Of a stretch of DNA of 64,000 nt, positions 1-10,224 are shown in pieces. Source of the DNA: an uncultured virus (IMG/VR IMGVR_UViG_3300031227_000030) (Duplodnaviria; Heunggongvirae; Uroviricota; Caudoviricetes); IMG/VR virus record IMGVR_UViG_3300031227_000030; one strand, given 5' to 3'. The translations under genes were made by a program, and so were the position numbers. The notes beneath the pieces are model-generated. The model was not told the DNA's origin, searched no databases, and worked only from the letters and a program-made list of their open reading frames with translations. The number at the start of each line of letters is the position of its first letter. Positions within the stretch are counted from its first letter, which is position 1.

Positions 1-1965
1 TATCAACTTTATTGCGCAAGGAACGATATATAGAGCTGAATTAGCATTATCTTTGTCAATAGAAGTTGTTCCTACAACATTTCCGTCTAACCTACATCCA
101 GCATGCATTCTAACTGATGGGCCTTTATCTGATATTAACAACTGATTCCCAACACCTTGATTATAAATAAAACAACTTGGCATAATATCTACATACGAAA
201 CACTTACACTGCCTCCCACTTGGATTGTATCTCTTGAAGCTGAATTGTTCTCAATGTAACCATCTAAATGTGCAATTCCTGTTGTTATAAGAATAGCAAT
301 TGAATCTTGTGCTATTATTCTACAAGTTGGAGCCATATGTAAAGTTGAAGCAAATAGGGCTTGAGTAATAACACTACTATTACTTCCTAAATTGGTTACA
401 TGGGCATCTAAGTATATTGTACCCCCAAGAATAGATATTGTTTGATTTCCAGCAGAATTGTTTTCAATTGTACCCTTTAGAAAAACATCCCCTGTTCCTG
501 CAATTCTAACCGCAATACTATCCCCTGTTGTAAATTTACAATTCTCATCTGACCAAAAAGAGCCATTTGTTATACTAATTAATCTTCCTGATGCATGGTT
601 TACATGAAAATTATAAGCTTCCACTTTAGAAGTAGTATCTGTTAATGAAAAAATGCTTTCTGAACCAGAACCAGTTATCCTAAAATTCCTAATAATTAAT
701 TCTTGACCGACACCAACAGTGAACATTGGAAGTGTTGAACAGGTAAATAAAGCTGATTCTCCGATTACTGTATAAACACCTGTTCCACTTAATGTAATTA
801 TGTCATCAAAAACAACTCCTCCAACAAATCTATACACCATTCCTGGCAAAAGACTAATACTCCCTAAAGAAACTCCAGCATGCATTCTTATGATTATCTC
901 TGAAGCCGAACCACCTGTTGCTGTATTTGCATCAGGAATTGTTCTAAATGGCCTTATTACAGAACCATCTCCACCCGCTGCTGACGCATAATCTACATAA
1001 TAAGTTCTACCAAATTGACCTATAAACTCTAATGCTGTTACCCCTACATTTACTACAGGGATTCTATTAGCTTGAGCAACATATGTTGATGGCGTATCTG
1101 TTAAATTTAAAAATGTTCTATCATAAAATTCTAAAGCTGTTGCCCCTGTATTTACTCTTACACCTTTTAAGGCTTGTCCTGTATATGTTGATGGAGTATC
1201 TGGTAATGCTAAAAACTCATAAGAATAAAATTGTAACGCAGTTTCTCCACCATTAACTCTACAAATTGTTCCAGCTGCTCCTGCAAATGCTGCTGGAGTA
1301 TCTGTCATTGCAAGAAATGTTGTAAACGGACCTGCAACAAACTCTATCTCTGTTTCACCAACATTTACTCTTGTAAATAAACCAGCCTGACCTGCATATG
1401 TTGCTGGAGTATCTGTTAATCCTAAAAATGTACTAGTATCAGTTGCTGTAGAGCCTATATACCTATACCCTTGAATCCATAATGGTTCTGTGTAAGTCCC
1501 AGTTATGTCTTCTTGGAATGTTAATATTCCTGTTTTTTCATCGAATATCCAAGCATTAACATCTGAAGAAACTATTTCATCTCCAGGAGCTAACCCTGTT
1601 CCATCATCTTGATATAATCTAGAAGCATAAGATATTCCATATCTAGGGGGAATCCAATTTTCTAACAATGCTGATGCTATATCTCCTGGAGTTGTTCTTG
1701 CTTGCCAACCTCTACTTGCGCTAACTGTAATATCATTAGTCAATTGTAAAGCACTTGCTCCTGTTCTGTCTTGTGCTACTCCTGCCGCTATTGCTGTCGC
1801 AGGGTCATTATCTGCAATTGGAGCCACATAGACATCAGATCCATCTATGAGAAATCCACCACCTTCGGCTTCTTCATAAAAGGCTTTAGCTAAGTCAGAA
1901 AACGCTTTTGACTTAGCTTTTTTAAAAGTAAAACTTAATTTACTACTGTCGCTAAATTTTGCCAT
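1..1965 (-). CDS. Tail fibre/spike-like protein with four ~31-aa repeats and a probable pectin-lyase-like beta-helix; runs off the window end and is absent from the ORF track
   Basis: Hand-translated from ATG at 1965 (MAKFSDSSKLSFTFKKAKSK...). Contains four FLxLxDTPxxYxGxA..xVNxGxTxLEF repeats, then RTYYVDYASAAGGDGSVIRPFRTIPDA, a typical beta-helix cap motif. Confidence 0.7.
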   Translation of the reverse strand, partial: MAKFSDSSKLSFTFKKAKSKAFSDLAKAFYEEAEGGGFLIDGSDVYVAPIADNDPATAIAAGVAQDRTGASALQLTNDITVSASRGWQARTTPGDIASALLENWIPPRYGISYASRLYQDDGTGLAPGDEIVSSDVNAWIFDEKTGILTFQEDITGTYTEPLWIQGYRYIGSTATDTSTFLGLTDTPATYAGQAGLFTRVNVGETEIEFVAGPFTTFLAMTDTPAAFAGAAGTICRVNGGETALQFYSYEFLALPDTPSTYTGQALKGVRVNTGATALEFYDRTFLNLTDTPSTYVAQANRIPVVNVGVTALEFIGQFGRTYYVDYASAAGGDGSVIRPFRTIPDANTATGGSASEIIIRMHAGVSLGSISLLPGMVYRFVGGVVFDDIITLSGTGVYTVIGESALFTCSTLPMFTVGVGQELIIRNFRITGSGSESIFSLTDTTSKVEAYNFHVNHASGRLISITNGSFWSDENCKFTTGDSIAVRIAGTGDVFLKGTIENNSAGNQTISILGGTIYLDAHVTNLGSNSSVITQALFASTLHMAPTCRIIAQDSIAILITTGIAHLDGYIENNSASRDTIQVGGSVSVSYVDIMPSCFIYNQGVGNQLLISDKGPSVRMHAGCRLDGNVVGTTSIDKDNANSALYIVPCAIKLI

Positions 1966-1968
1966 ATT

Positions 1969-3669
1969 TTACCACCCTGTTTCTTGTAAATTAGTTAAAG
2001 CAGGTACTGCTGCATTTAATAGCGTAATTCTAATAATATACATGTCTCCTGAAAAAGCCGTTGAAAACACTCCTGAAGTCCAGTCATATCTATGAGTAAC
2101 ATCATTTTGATCTGTTCTGCATCCATCTCCATCAACTCCAGTAAAGGCAAAAGCGTTATAAGGAGTTCCTAAATCTAGCCAACCTGTTTGCGTTGGCAAT
2201 TTGATTTCTATTTTTGCTGTTGGAGCTCCTGTTGTATCGAATGTTGCAAGTAACCACCCTAATAACTCTATTTTTCCACTTGAGTGAGGAACTCCATTTT
2301 CATATATCGCTCTTATATAATATTGACTTGCTGCAAATGCCGAATAATCGTTACCAACCTGTGCTGGTAAATATCCTACTGGGAAATTCTGTGTTGGAAA
2401 GGTTAATGCATTATTAAATAATAAAGCTTCTCCATCATCTAATATTGTCGCGCTAGTCCAAACTCCTGTAATTGCTCCAGGTATAGCATCGAATTGATCT
2501 ACTGGAGATGCGTTATTTCCCTGTACTGTGAAATGTGATAATCTTCTATTCTCGTCTATAAATGGCTCATCTGTTGCCGTTGCCTCAACTCCATAAGTGT
2601 TAACCATTCTATTCTCTGATATTGATTGTGCAGGAACCCCATCGCTAAATGGGTCTCTACCATATATAGTTATCCTAGCGTTTTCGTTAAGTACATCTAC
2701 CATATCTATTGTATATGGCGCTACATATGAGAAAAGATCTCCAACTCTTGGGGGAGAATTAGGACCAACGACCAATACATTATTATATGCTATTTCAACA
2801 TTTGTTATAGCTACTGGATCCATTGTCAATACTAATGGATCGTTGTGGAATGTATTATCAAATACTGCTCCCACTACTGTTGATATATCAAAAATATCTC
2901 CTGTAAAATATTTTTGTACTCCACTTATATATTTTGCACTTGCTATCGCATTTTGCACTATTGTCGGAATATCTGCTGCAGGATGAGAGCCAGCATTATC
3001 ATAAAAAAATGTTACTATCGCACTTGTTTGAGTTACTGCCCCAAAATTATGTATCAATGCTATTGTGTTCTCTCCAGCAATTATTCCAGGTGCATCAAAT
3101 GCTCCATTTAAATTTATCCTACCCTTGAATATCTGATGAACCGAAGAAGCTCCAAACTTCTGAACTGATGTAATTGTTATTGTTGCTCCTACAGAACTTG
3201 CTGGTGGGTATATCTGTGCTGCATCTGCCAATGCTGGAACAAATACGGCTGCTAAATCAAAACTATCTGTTTGAACAACCCCATTTAATATAGCGTATAC
3301 CGTTCCTAAATGACCTGAATTTGCCGCGCCCACATCATCTGCTCCTGGAATAGTTAATGTAAATACTAAAGTTTCCATTAGATTAGCAAATGAGTCTTCA
3401 GGAACTAAAACATCGAAATGACTAGGATTATCAGGTAACCCCCCAGTCCCATCTGACATCCTTCCTGGAACACCTACTGGAGATTGTGTTAATGTTATCC
3501 CTGTTAAGGGTAAAGCATCTACACCTTCTAAAGCATCTAACCTAGAGTCCACATATTCAAGTGCTGTTTGGTTTATATTGGTATCTCCAAAACCTAGTGG
3601 GGCTCCAATATGAGTAGTAGTATCATCATAAATTATTTGTTTTGAATGTCTAATTATTGGTTTTGCCAT
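1969..3669 (-). CDS. Putative virion structural protein (beta-rich)
   Basis: 566-aa ORF rich in G/A/T/V/I, with SD GGGAG. Adjacent to the fibre-like gene. Confidence 0.5.
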   Translation of the reverse strand: MAKPIIRHSKQIIYDDTTTHIGAPLGFGDTNINQTALEYVDSRLDALEGVDALPLTGITLTQSPVGVPGRMSDGTGGLPDNPSHFDVLVPEDSFANLMETLVFTLTIPGADDVGAANSGHLGTVYAILNGVVQTDSFDLAAVFVPALADAAQIYPPASSVGATITITSVQKFGASSVHQIFKGRINLNGAFDAPGIIAGENTIALIHNFGAVTQTSAIVTFFYDNAGSHPAADIPTIVQNAIASAKYISGVQKYFTGDIFDISTVVGAVFDNTFHNDPLVLTMDPVAITNVEIAYNNVLVVGPNSPPRVGDLFSYVAPYTIDMVDVLNENARITIYGRDPFSDGVPAQSISENRMVNTYGVEATATDEPFIDENRRLSHFTVQGNNASPVDQFDAIPGAITGVWTSATILDDGEALLFNNALTFPTQNFPVGYLPAQVGNDYSAFAASQYYIRAIYENGVPHSSGKIELLGWLLATFDTTGAPTAKIEIKLPTQTGWLDLGTPYNAFAFTGVDGDGCRTDQNDVTHRYDWTSGVFSTAFSGDMYIIRITLLNAAVPALTNLQETGW

Positions 3670-3700
3670 ATGATTTCTCCCTTATACAATCTTTTTACTA

Positions 3701-4336
3701 TTATTCAGGTGGTGCAAACATTTTATTTACGGGGTATGTCACCGCATTACTTACAACCAATATCTCTCCAGTGACTTCTAATGTACTTGCTGCTATTCGA
3801 TATAATTTCATTCCTAATATCTCATCTGGTTGAATTTCGTTCCCCACTCCATCAATATCGTAATCAATTGTAAACTCAATTCTATATTCATCGTACTGAG
3901 CATTTCTATTTATCAAGACTATTTTCTCTACACTTACTAAATTTGAAGTTACAGGAATAGGCTGACCAGCTGGCACGTGTTCCCATTCTAATCTCATCTG
4001 AAATCTATCATTAATATCTTCACCTTGTGATAATGCAACATGAGTATGAAAAGTTATATCACTCTTTCCATCCCATCGATAAGGCACACAATGAGAAAAA
4101 GGAAGGTACTCAGCATTTGCAGCAAAAATAGGCAAAGAAAAAGTGTCATAAATACCTAATGCCTTAGTGACGTTTAAAGCTAAATCAGTAACAATAAACT
4201 CTCCTTCTCCATTTGAGGAAGAAGATCTTAAGAATCTATCAGCAACATTTAATATAGTCTCCTGAGATATAGCTGTAGATACTACAGTCTCTTGTGCTGT
4301 TAAATCTCCACTGATTCTTATATTTTCTAAGCCCAT
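3701..4336 (-). CDS. Putative virion protein with jelly-roll-like C-terminal domain
   Basis: 211-aa ORF with alternating beta-strand pattern, in a structural context. Confidence 0.4.
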   Translation of the reverse strand: MGLENIRISGDLTAQETVVSTAISQETILNVADRFLRSSSSNGEGEFIVTDLALNVTKALGIYDTFSLPIFAANAEYLPFSHCVPYRWDGKSDITFHTHVALSQGEDINDRFQMRLEWEHVPAGQPIPVTSNLVSVEKIVLINRNAQYDEYRIEFTIDYDIDGVGNEIQPDEILGMKLYRIAASTLEVTGEILVVSNAVTYPVNKMFAPPE

Positions 4337-4365
4337 AAGATCCTTTGAACAGGTAGCTTCTTAGA

Positions 4366-4908
4366 TTAACCTCTTGCCCAAACTCTGACTAAAGCCGTAT
4401 CTGCCCCAACTGTAATTAGATGAAGATTGTTTGACTCATAATTGTCAACCATAATCTCTCCTGCAAACATTTTTGGAGAAGTTCCAACAACTGGAATTGC
4501 TCCATGTTCATAGTATATTGTGACTAAGCCATCATTAAAAATTGTTAGTTCTTTTGCGCCAAAAGCAAAAGCCAGAACGGTATCGACAGAAGTAATGGTT
4601 CCTTCATAATAGTCTTTACTATTTGCTGTTGGGATCTCAATCTCTATGTGTCCAACATCAATATGGACATTTTCTAGATTTACATCTAAGAGTCTTTTAA
4701 GCCCATCAACTGTTGAAGTGATAGGATTTCCTGAACCATCTCGCAAGTTTACATCTGCAGCGCCCCCTGCTCCGATGCTTGACCCATCAGGGTTAACAAC
4801 TGAAAAGCAGGGTTGAGCAGGAAGTGTTGTTGATGGAATAATCGCTTTTACTAGTGAACTTTGGGTCCCTGTTGTAGACCAGGGTGGGTGATCAACTGGT
4901 TCTGCCAT
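4366..4908 (-). CDS. Putative small virion/fibre protein
   Basis: 180-aa beta-rich ORF with SD AAGGGAG and an upstream late-promoter-like motif. Confidence 0.4.
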   Translation of the reverse strand: MAEPVDHPPWSTTGTQSSLVKAIIPSTTLPAQPCFSVVNPDGSSIGAGGAADVNLRDGSGNPITSTVDGLKRLLDVNLENVHIDVGHIEIEIPTANSKDYYEGTITSVDTVLAFAFGAKELTIFNDGLVTIYYEHGAIPVVGTSPKMFAGEIMVDNYESNNLHLITVGADTALVRVWARG

Positions 4909-4948
4909 AATTACTCCCTTTTATTATTAAAGATGAAATTCTTTCTTT

Positions 4949-4958
4949 AATAATAGCA
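4949..4958 (-). promoter_or_regulatory. Extended -10 (late-type) promoter TGCTATTATT
   Basis: Matches the TGnTAwwAT motif that recurs upstream of several genes. Overlaps a 12-bp inverted repeat (4922-4955). Confidence 0.5.
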
Positions 4959-4990
4959 TATAAAAACAAAAGGGTAAGCAAAAATAGATA

Positions 4991-5596
4991 TTAAGATGCC
5001 ACTGGACCTTGAGGAGAAATTTGCTCTTTTATTTTGTTGATAGTCACCTCTATTTCAACTTCTTTTTCAGTCTCAGTATTATAGAATTCTTTTGGAACAA
5101 TAAGTTTTGTTTTCTTTTTTTCTCCAATAATCATCCCTATAAGAGAGTCATGGACTGCTTTAGGAAAGTTTAAGTCTGATCCAACATTTACCATAAAAGT
5201 CTGAGGATTTACTTTTGCCAATTTTTCCTCAGAACCTTCTTCTAATGTAGGAGAAATAGACATAGTTATTTCTGCAAAGAATCCTTCAGCAATAGGCTTA
5301 TCTGTTAAAAATAAGTGGTTTTCTTTATCAAATTGCTCTTCAATTCTATTATGAAAATTAATGTTTTCATTTTCCATTATTTTATCCAATTCATCTTCTT
5401 TTATTACTCCATCTTTTATCAATAAATTGATTAAAGAATCTATTCTAATTTCTTGAGATTGAAGAATTGGGCCTGAATCTTCTCTTATTTTTTTAAATTC
5501 TTTTACAGAGTATATTCCTAAGTTATTGATTTTTGTTTCTAATTCGTCTATTTTTTTTGAGATATTCCCTTTTAAAGGGACAACTTTTTCATTCAT
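4991..5596 (-). CDS. Coiled-coil protein with C-terminal trigger-factor/FKBP-like domain
   Basis: C-terminal DKPIAEG..FMVNVGSDLNFPKAVHDSLIGMIIGEKKKTKLIVPKEF..EVEIEVTINKIK follows the trigger-factor PPIase-domain pattern. Confidence 0.6.
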   Translation of the reverse strand: MNEKVVPLKGNISKKIDELETKINNLGIYSVKEFKKIREDSGPILQSQEIRIDSLINLLIKDGVIKEDELDKIMENENINFHNRIEEQFDKENHLFLTDKPIAEGFFAEITMSISPTLEEGSEEKLAKVNPQTFMVNVGSDLNFPKAVHDSLIGMIIGEKKKTKLIVPKEFYNTETEKEVEIEVTINKIKEQISPQGPVAS

Positions 5597-5607
5597 GTTT
5601 CCTCCTT

Positions 5608-6288
5608 TTACATTCTAAGTAAACAGTCATGACCTACCAAAAGTCTATCTTTTGGATTAGACTGCAATGTTGCACAAAGCCAAACTTTATCAGAACCTTT
5701 CATTGGGAAAGGTCCTTGAAGGTTTAAGATATCCCCATTTTTTATTCCAGAAAACGTTATGGGACCTTCTTTTGTATTTTTAAGAATTTCAGAATTGTTC
5801 TTAACCTTTGCGAGAAAGGGGAAGCGAAAGCTTCGTATGTCCTCCATTTCTATCTCTTTCTTAAAGAGATCATCTTCCTCAGCTTTTGGAGAAACAGCCA
5901 TAGGAATTAAGGCAGTTTCTTGAAGATCTGGTTTAGGAGTTTCTAACTCTGCTTTTTTTTGGGGGAGACAGTCCCTAGGATCAGGAGTTGCTTTAGCAAT
6001 AAATTCTTTAATTATTCTGATTTCTTCCTTTGTCAAAGACTCCTTATAGGCCTCTTCAATTCCAAGATATTTAATTCCCAAAAATTCTTTAATTTCAGAT
6101 AAAATTTGAGGAATAACTTGTTTTGAAATAGAATCTCGAAAACCCTTGATAGTTAAAATATCGTCAGACTTAAGGATAGTTTTGACAATTTCATAGGTTT
6201 TCCCTTTAATGTAGTACTTATTGGCTTCTGGTTCTATTTTTTTTCTGCCCCTTTTTTTAAGCACTCTTTCTGAAGTTTTCTCTACCAT
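5608..6288 (-). CDS. Hypothetical protein
   Basis: 226-aa ORF with strong SD GGGGGAGG. Confidence 0.6.
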   Translation of the reverse strand: MVEKTSERVLKKRGRKKIEPEANKYYIKGKTYEIVKTILKSDDILTIKGFRDSISKQVIPQILSEIKEFLGIKYLGIEEAYKESLTKEEIRIIKEFIAKATPDPRDCLPQKKAELETPKPDLQETALIPMAVSPKAEEDDLFKKEIEMEDIRSFRFPFLAKVKNNSEILKNTKEGPITFSGIKNGDILNLQGPFPMKGSDKVWLCATLQSNPKDRLLVGHDCLLRM

Positions 6289-6304
6289 AACCCTCCCCCT
6301 TTTT

Positions 6305-7195
6305 TTATTTTACATTTTTTGATCTATAGTCTTTAGAAATAAATTTTAAAGAATTTGTCCCTGATTCAAAATCAAACCCTTTTGGAAGTTCTAATAGAAC
6401 ACATCTTTCATTTGGATGTGTTGCCCCAACAACTGGCTTCCATTCGCTTTTTTTCTTGCCGTAATTAGACCCATTTGCCATTAAAGTAGATAATTTATAC
6501 ACCTTTGGAGAACCATTGTCATCTAAATAAAATTTTCGACACCATTGACAAAGAAACTGATCATTCATAACTAGGCGATAAACAAGGATATTCTCTGGTT
6601 TTTCACCTTTATTTTTTTCTAAAATTGCGTCCATTCTTCCAATATTTGAAGCATCTGAAATTGCAGTAACTACTATTCTATTCCAATTTCTTTTAAAATC
6701 TTTTGTAGCTTCTTTTAACCTTCTAACAATTGTTCTATATGGGACAGTTGTTATAATTCCTTGCTCTAATTCATAGACTATTGCTTCAGAGATAGTCTTA
6801 TCCTTATACTCTAAACTAGCTATTCTTATTAAGTTTTCTAAGATATTCCTTGTTTTATCTCTAGCTAACTTTAAGTCGTTTGAAATAGATAGCTTTAAAG
6901 CATTTACAGAGTATTTTTGGACAGCAGATAGAAGTCTTCCTCCTCTTTTTGCAGATATTTCTTTTAAAAACTTAGGAAGAGTTGCGGCCATTTTTGTTTG
7001 ATAAGGAAGATTGGCATGTCTACTTCCAGCTAAATATCCAATTTCAATTAAATTCTCATTTTCTGGATTAATTGGAAATATTCTTTTTTCTTCGTTTTCT
7101 AGTGAGTTTTTTCCAGAAACTTCAATAATTAGTGAGTTATAGGTCTCATTAACTAACTTATTTATTTTCTTTATTTTATCTTCATTTATAATCAC
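6305..7195 (-). CDS. MuF-like head morphogenesis protein
   Basis: C-terminal D..LCQWC...HPNERC motif. Lies downstream of the portal gene; GTG start overlaps the previous stop. Confidence 0.7.
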   Translation of the reverse strand: MIINEDKIKKINKLVNETYNSLIIEVSGKNSLENEEKRIFPINPENENLIEIGYLAGSRHANLPYQTKMAATLPKFLKEISAKRGGRLLSAVQKYSVNALKLSISNDLKLARDKTRNILENLIRIASLEYKDKTISEAIVYELEQGIITTVPYRTIVRRLKEATKDFKRNWNRIVVTAISDASNIGRMDAILEKNKGEKPENILVYRLVMNDQFLCQWCRKFYLDDNGSPKVYKLSTLMANGSNYGKKKSEWKPVVGATHPNERCVLLELPKGFDFESGTNSLKFISKDYRSKNVK

Positions 7196-8055
7196 AAAAT
7201 TGCTACCCCATTCCCATCACAAAAAATATCTAGGTTCTTTCTAGCAAGTTCAGATTTGCTGTTATTCTCAACAGTTAAGTTATTTTTTGAACTATCCTGA
7301 CCAATAGCTTTAAATTCATTTTGAAATAAATCCGATATTTCTTTATCAGGATTTGCTAAAAATAAAATATAATGACCACCTTGTTTTGTTATTGCCCAGT
7401 CTCCATCAATTTCAAGAAAATCTATTTCTTCAAGCTCCACTTCTTTAGGAAAAAGAATCATGTAAAATTTTTCAAAAATTTTAGGAGAAATATAGTTTTT
7501 ATTGCCTATCTCTTGCAGTTTATCTACTTGATTTTCTTTTAACTTAATAAAATACTTTATATCAACTCCTGCTTTTTTGCCCATAGCATAATTAAAATAA
7601 AAATCCTTTAAATCTTCCTCTATGTTTTGAGAAGATTCTGTTAAATTTTGATTTGAAGTTTCAACACTTTCTTCTTGTTTAGAGTCTTTCTTTTTCTTAG
7701 GATTTCCTTCTTTTATATAATCTACAGGGTTTTTATTATAGACATAAGTATAATCATTAGAAACCCCATCTCTTCTGTTAAAGTTATGATGTCCTTCCTG
7801 TATATTTCCTTTAGGGTTAGATTTAATAGTCTCCTCTAACCCATCTTCTTTTAATATACTAAAGATTTCTTTCATCATTGACCCAAGTTTCTCATCAAAT
7901 CTCTTAAACAAAAAAGACTCTAAGTTGTTCAAAACTTCAGGAATAAATCTTTCTTTATGAGAAACTTCTTCCTTTGTTTGGATAGCTTTAATTAGTCCTT
8001 CTTCTATTTCAGAAATCTCTTCACCTTCTTCTAAAAATATATTTATATTTGCCAT
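7192..8055 (-). CDS. Hypothetical head-associated protein
   Basis: 287-aa ORF between portal and MuF genes, with LIKA and TIKS motifs. Confidence 0.5.
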   Translation of the reverse strand: MANINIFLEEGEEISEIEEGLIKAIQTKEEVSHKERFIPEVLNNLESFLFKRFDEKLGSMMKEIFSILKEDGLEETIKSNPKGNIQEGHHNFNRRDGVSNDYTYVYNKNPVDYIKEGNPKKKKDSKQEESVETSNQNLTESSQNIEEDLKDFYFNYAMGKKAGVDIKYFIKLKENQVDKLQEIGNKNYISPKIFEKFYMILFPKEVELEEIDFLEIDGDWAITKQGGHYILFLANPDKEISDLFQNEFKAIGQDSSKNNLTVENNSKSELARKNLDIFCDGNGVAIL

Positions 8056-8059
8056 AGCT

Positions 8060-9784
8060 CTACTTAAAATATTGAACGGTTAGAAGGGGTTTAAATTGTT
8101 TAGACTTTCCAAGAGGAACTACGTCCTCTTTCATGTCTTTATCGCCTATTGGAGCAACATCTTTAATTTCTGTATTAACAACTGGAGCTCCTCCACCTTC
8201 CATCGGGGCTTCCATTTGCTGATTTTGCAGCATAGTCTCTTTAGTTATGTCACGAGCAACTTGAGAGAATTGAGACCACATGGCAAAATAAGTAGGATCT
8301 CGGATAAACTCATCAGCACCTGGAACATTTAAAGGAGGATGTCCTAACTCTTTTCTTGCCTCATTCAATGTTTTATAGGTCTGAGTTTCTTTTTCAATTC
8401 TTTCGAGTTCTTTATCCTTATCATAGTCTAACCCAACAAATTGAAATTTATATTTTTTTGAAATATATCCATTATTGTCTGGAAAAGCTTGAGGGATAAT
8501 CTTATTGTTAATTATTCTTTCAAAATATCTAAGTAAAGGTCTAAGACTCTCTACCTTAGAAAGTCTATTTTGCGTCTCTATCTTGCCTTCCTGACTTTTA
8601 CTAAATCCACCTGAACCTTTTTCTTGGACAATGTCAAAATTAATTTCAGTAGGATTCATTAAAAAAGAGGCACATATGAGTTTTATGAGGTAATTATTCC
8701 AATTTTGCCATTCCATGTCTTTATTTGAGACAGACATATTGATCCATTGCATGTCGTCAACACCACTGATAATAGGAAGTCTTGCAGCGTTTCTAGCTCC
8801 TGCAGTAACTGCATGCCAAGCTCTTCTAAAGGATTCCATTTCTTGATAAGGAATATCTCCTTTAATAAAGAGAACTCCATTTTGAGACATTCCATTTGTG
8901 AAGAATAATCTATTATGAGTTTCTGTAAATATATGCGATGAAACAGTATTAACCAACAATTCCAAGATACTTAAAGAATATCCACGAGATTCAATATCAT
9001 TTATTGGAGAAGACTGAGTAACGATAAGCTCATCTTCTGAGAATAACTGAATAATTCTTTGCTGATGTATTTGGCAATATTTAGCCCATGCAACAGTCGC
9101 AGGTTCAAAACTCCAATCTTGTTTAAATTGATCATTGTTAATTTTCTGTCCATCTGGTCCATAAACAGGTCCAACAACCATATCAGGATGTAATTTAAAG
9201 TTAGGACTGACATATCTTATTGATACAGCTGGAGCTGGCCAAAAATGATGGATTCTTCCAAGCCTATCTCGAATCAATTCTATTGCTGTTTGGCCAAAAA
9301 TAAGACTATCTCGAGTTTCAACTCTCATAAAAGTTTCAAAATCCATCTCTTCTTCTCTTGGTCTCCCATGAGGGTTCCCACAAGTAAGTATCCATTGTTC
9401 AAGATGATGGCATATTTTTTTATCTTCTGTAGATTGTTCTTCCTCAGCATTTTTTAAGACAACTTTAAAGCCAGATTCAAACTTTGACGGAGAAGGCTTT
9501 GAATAAACTGTTACATTATTTATTATCTTATTGATAACAAGAGCAACAATAGAATCTCTCATTGCCATTCTTTGAAGAGTTTCAAAGGTGATTCCTGTAA
9601 ATTTTTCCTTAAACCCTGTATCAGTTACTAATTGATTCTCATCCCACCAGATTGTCTTTCTATGATAATCATCAATTCCTAAAGGCACTGATTTGATTAG
9701 CTTTTGAGAAGATTTTTTTCCACCACCAATATATCTATCAAGAGCTGTCTCAACAGCACTCATAGACTTTTTTAGAATTCCCAT
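8060..9784 (-). CDS. Portal protein (SPO1/Twort-like)
   Basis: Motifs RDSLIFGQTAIELIRDRLG, N.LFFTNG..NGVL, DMEWQNWNNYLIKLICASFLMNPTEINF, LRPLLRYFERIIN, TLNEARKELG. Confidence 0.92.
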   Translation of the reverse strand: MGILKKSMSAVETALDRYIGGGKKSSQKLIKSVPLGIDDYHRKTIWWDENQLVTDTGFKEKFTGITFETLQRMAMRDSIVALVINKIINNVTVYSKPSPSKFESGFKVVLKNAEEEQSTEDKKICHHLEQWILTCGNPHGRPREEEMDFETFMRVETRDSLIFGQTAIELIRDRLGRIHHFWPAPAVSIRYVSPNFKLHPDMVVGPVYGPDGQKINNDQFKQDWSFEPATVAWAKYCQIHQQRIIQLFSEDELIVTQSSPINDIESRGYSLSILELLVNTVSSHIFTETHNRLFFTNGMSQNGVLFIKGDIPYQEMESFRRAWHAVTAGARNAARLPIISGVDDMQWINMSVSNKDMEWQNWNNYLIKLICASFLMNPTEINFDIVQEKGSGGFSKSQEGKIETQNRLSKVESLRPLLRYFERIINNKIIPQAFPDNNGYISKKYKFQFVGLDYDKDKELERIEKETQTYKTLNEARKELGHPPLNVPGADEFIRDPTYFAMWSQFSQVARDITKETMLQNQQMEAPMEGGGAPVVNTEIKDVAPIGDKDMKEDVVPLGKSKQFKPLLTVQYFK

Positions 9785-9802
9785 AGATTACCTTCCTATT
9801 TT

Positions 9803-10186
9803 TTAGTTTCCCCAAAAATATGTAATTTGAGCCATACCAGTTGTCCCGTTTAACAAAGAAGCTGAAGTAACTAACCCTTTTAAGAAAAATTGGCCATTTT
9901 CTGAGTCAGCATTGTCTGGAATGATGGAAATTACTGCTCCACCGTTAAGAGAAAGACCAAGAGTTGTATTTGATTTTATATATAAATACCTTACTCCTGC
10001 AGCAGGGAAAGTGAATGTAAAGGTGTCTCCAGCAATAATGTCTGCTGTTCTACTTTCTACTTGATCAAAGACAAGACTTGTATCTTTTGACGTAAAGTCA
10101 AAAATTCTTTGTTCTGGTTTATTACTATCTTCAATGTCATTGTAAATCAGAAAATCTAAAATTATATTCCCTTTAGGTGCAGCCAT
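9803..10186 (-). CDS. Small beta-rich putative virion protein
   Basis: 127 aa, with SD AAGGAG and a late-type promoter upstream. Confidence 0.5.
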   Translation of the reverse strand: MAAPKGNIILDFLIYNDIEDSNKPEQRIFDFTSKDTSLVFDQVESRTADIIAGDTFTFTFPAAGVRYLYIKSNTTLGLSLNGGAVISIIPDNADSENGQFFLKGLVTSASLLNGTTGMAQITYFWGN

Positions 10187-10206
10187 AAATGTCTCCTTTT
10201 TTTATT

Positions 10207-10216
10207 AATATTAGCA
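10207..10216 (-). promoter_or_regulatory. Extended -10 (late-type) promoter TGCTAATATT
   Basis: Recurring motif, upstream of the portal operon. Confidence 0.55.
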
Positions 10217-10224
10217 CCAAAAAT

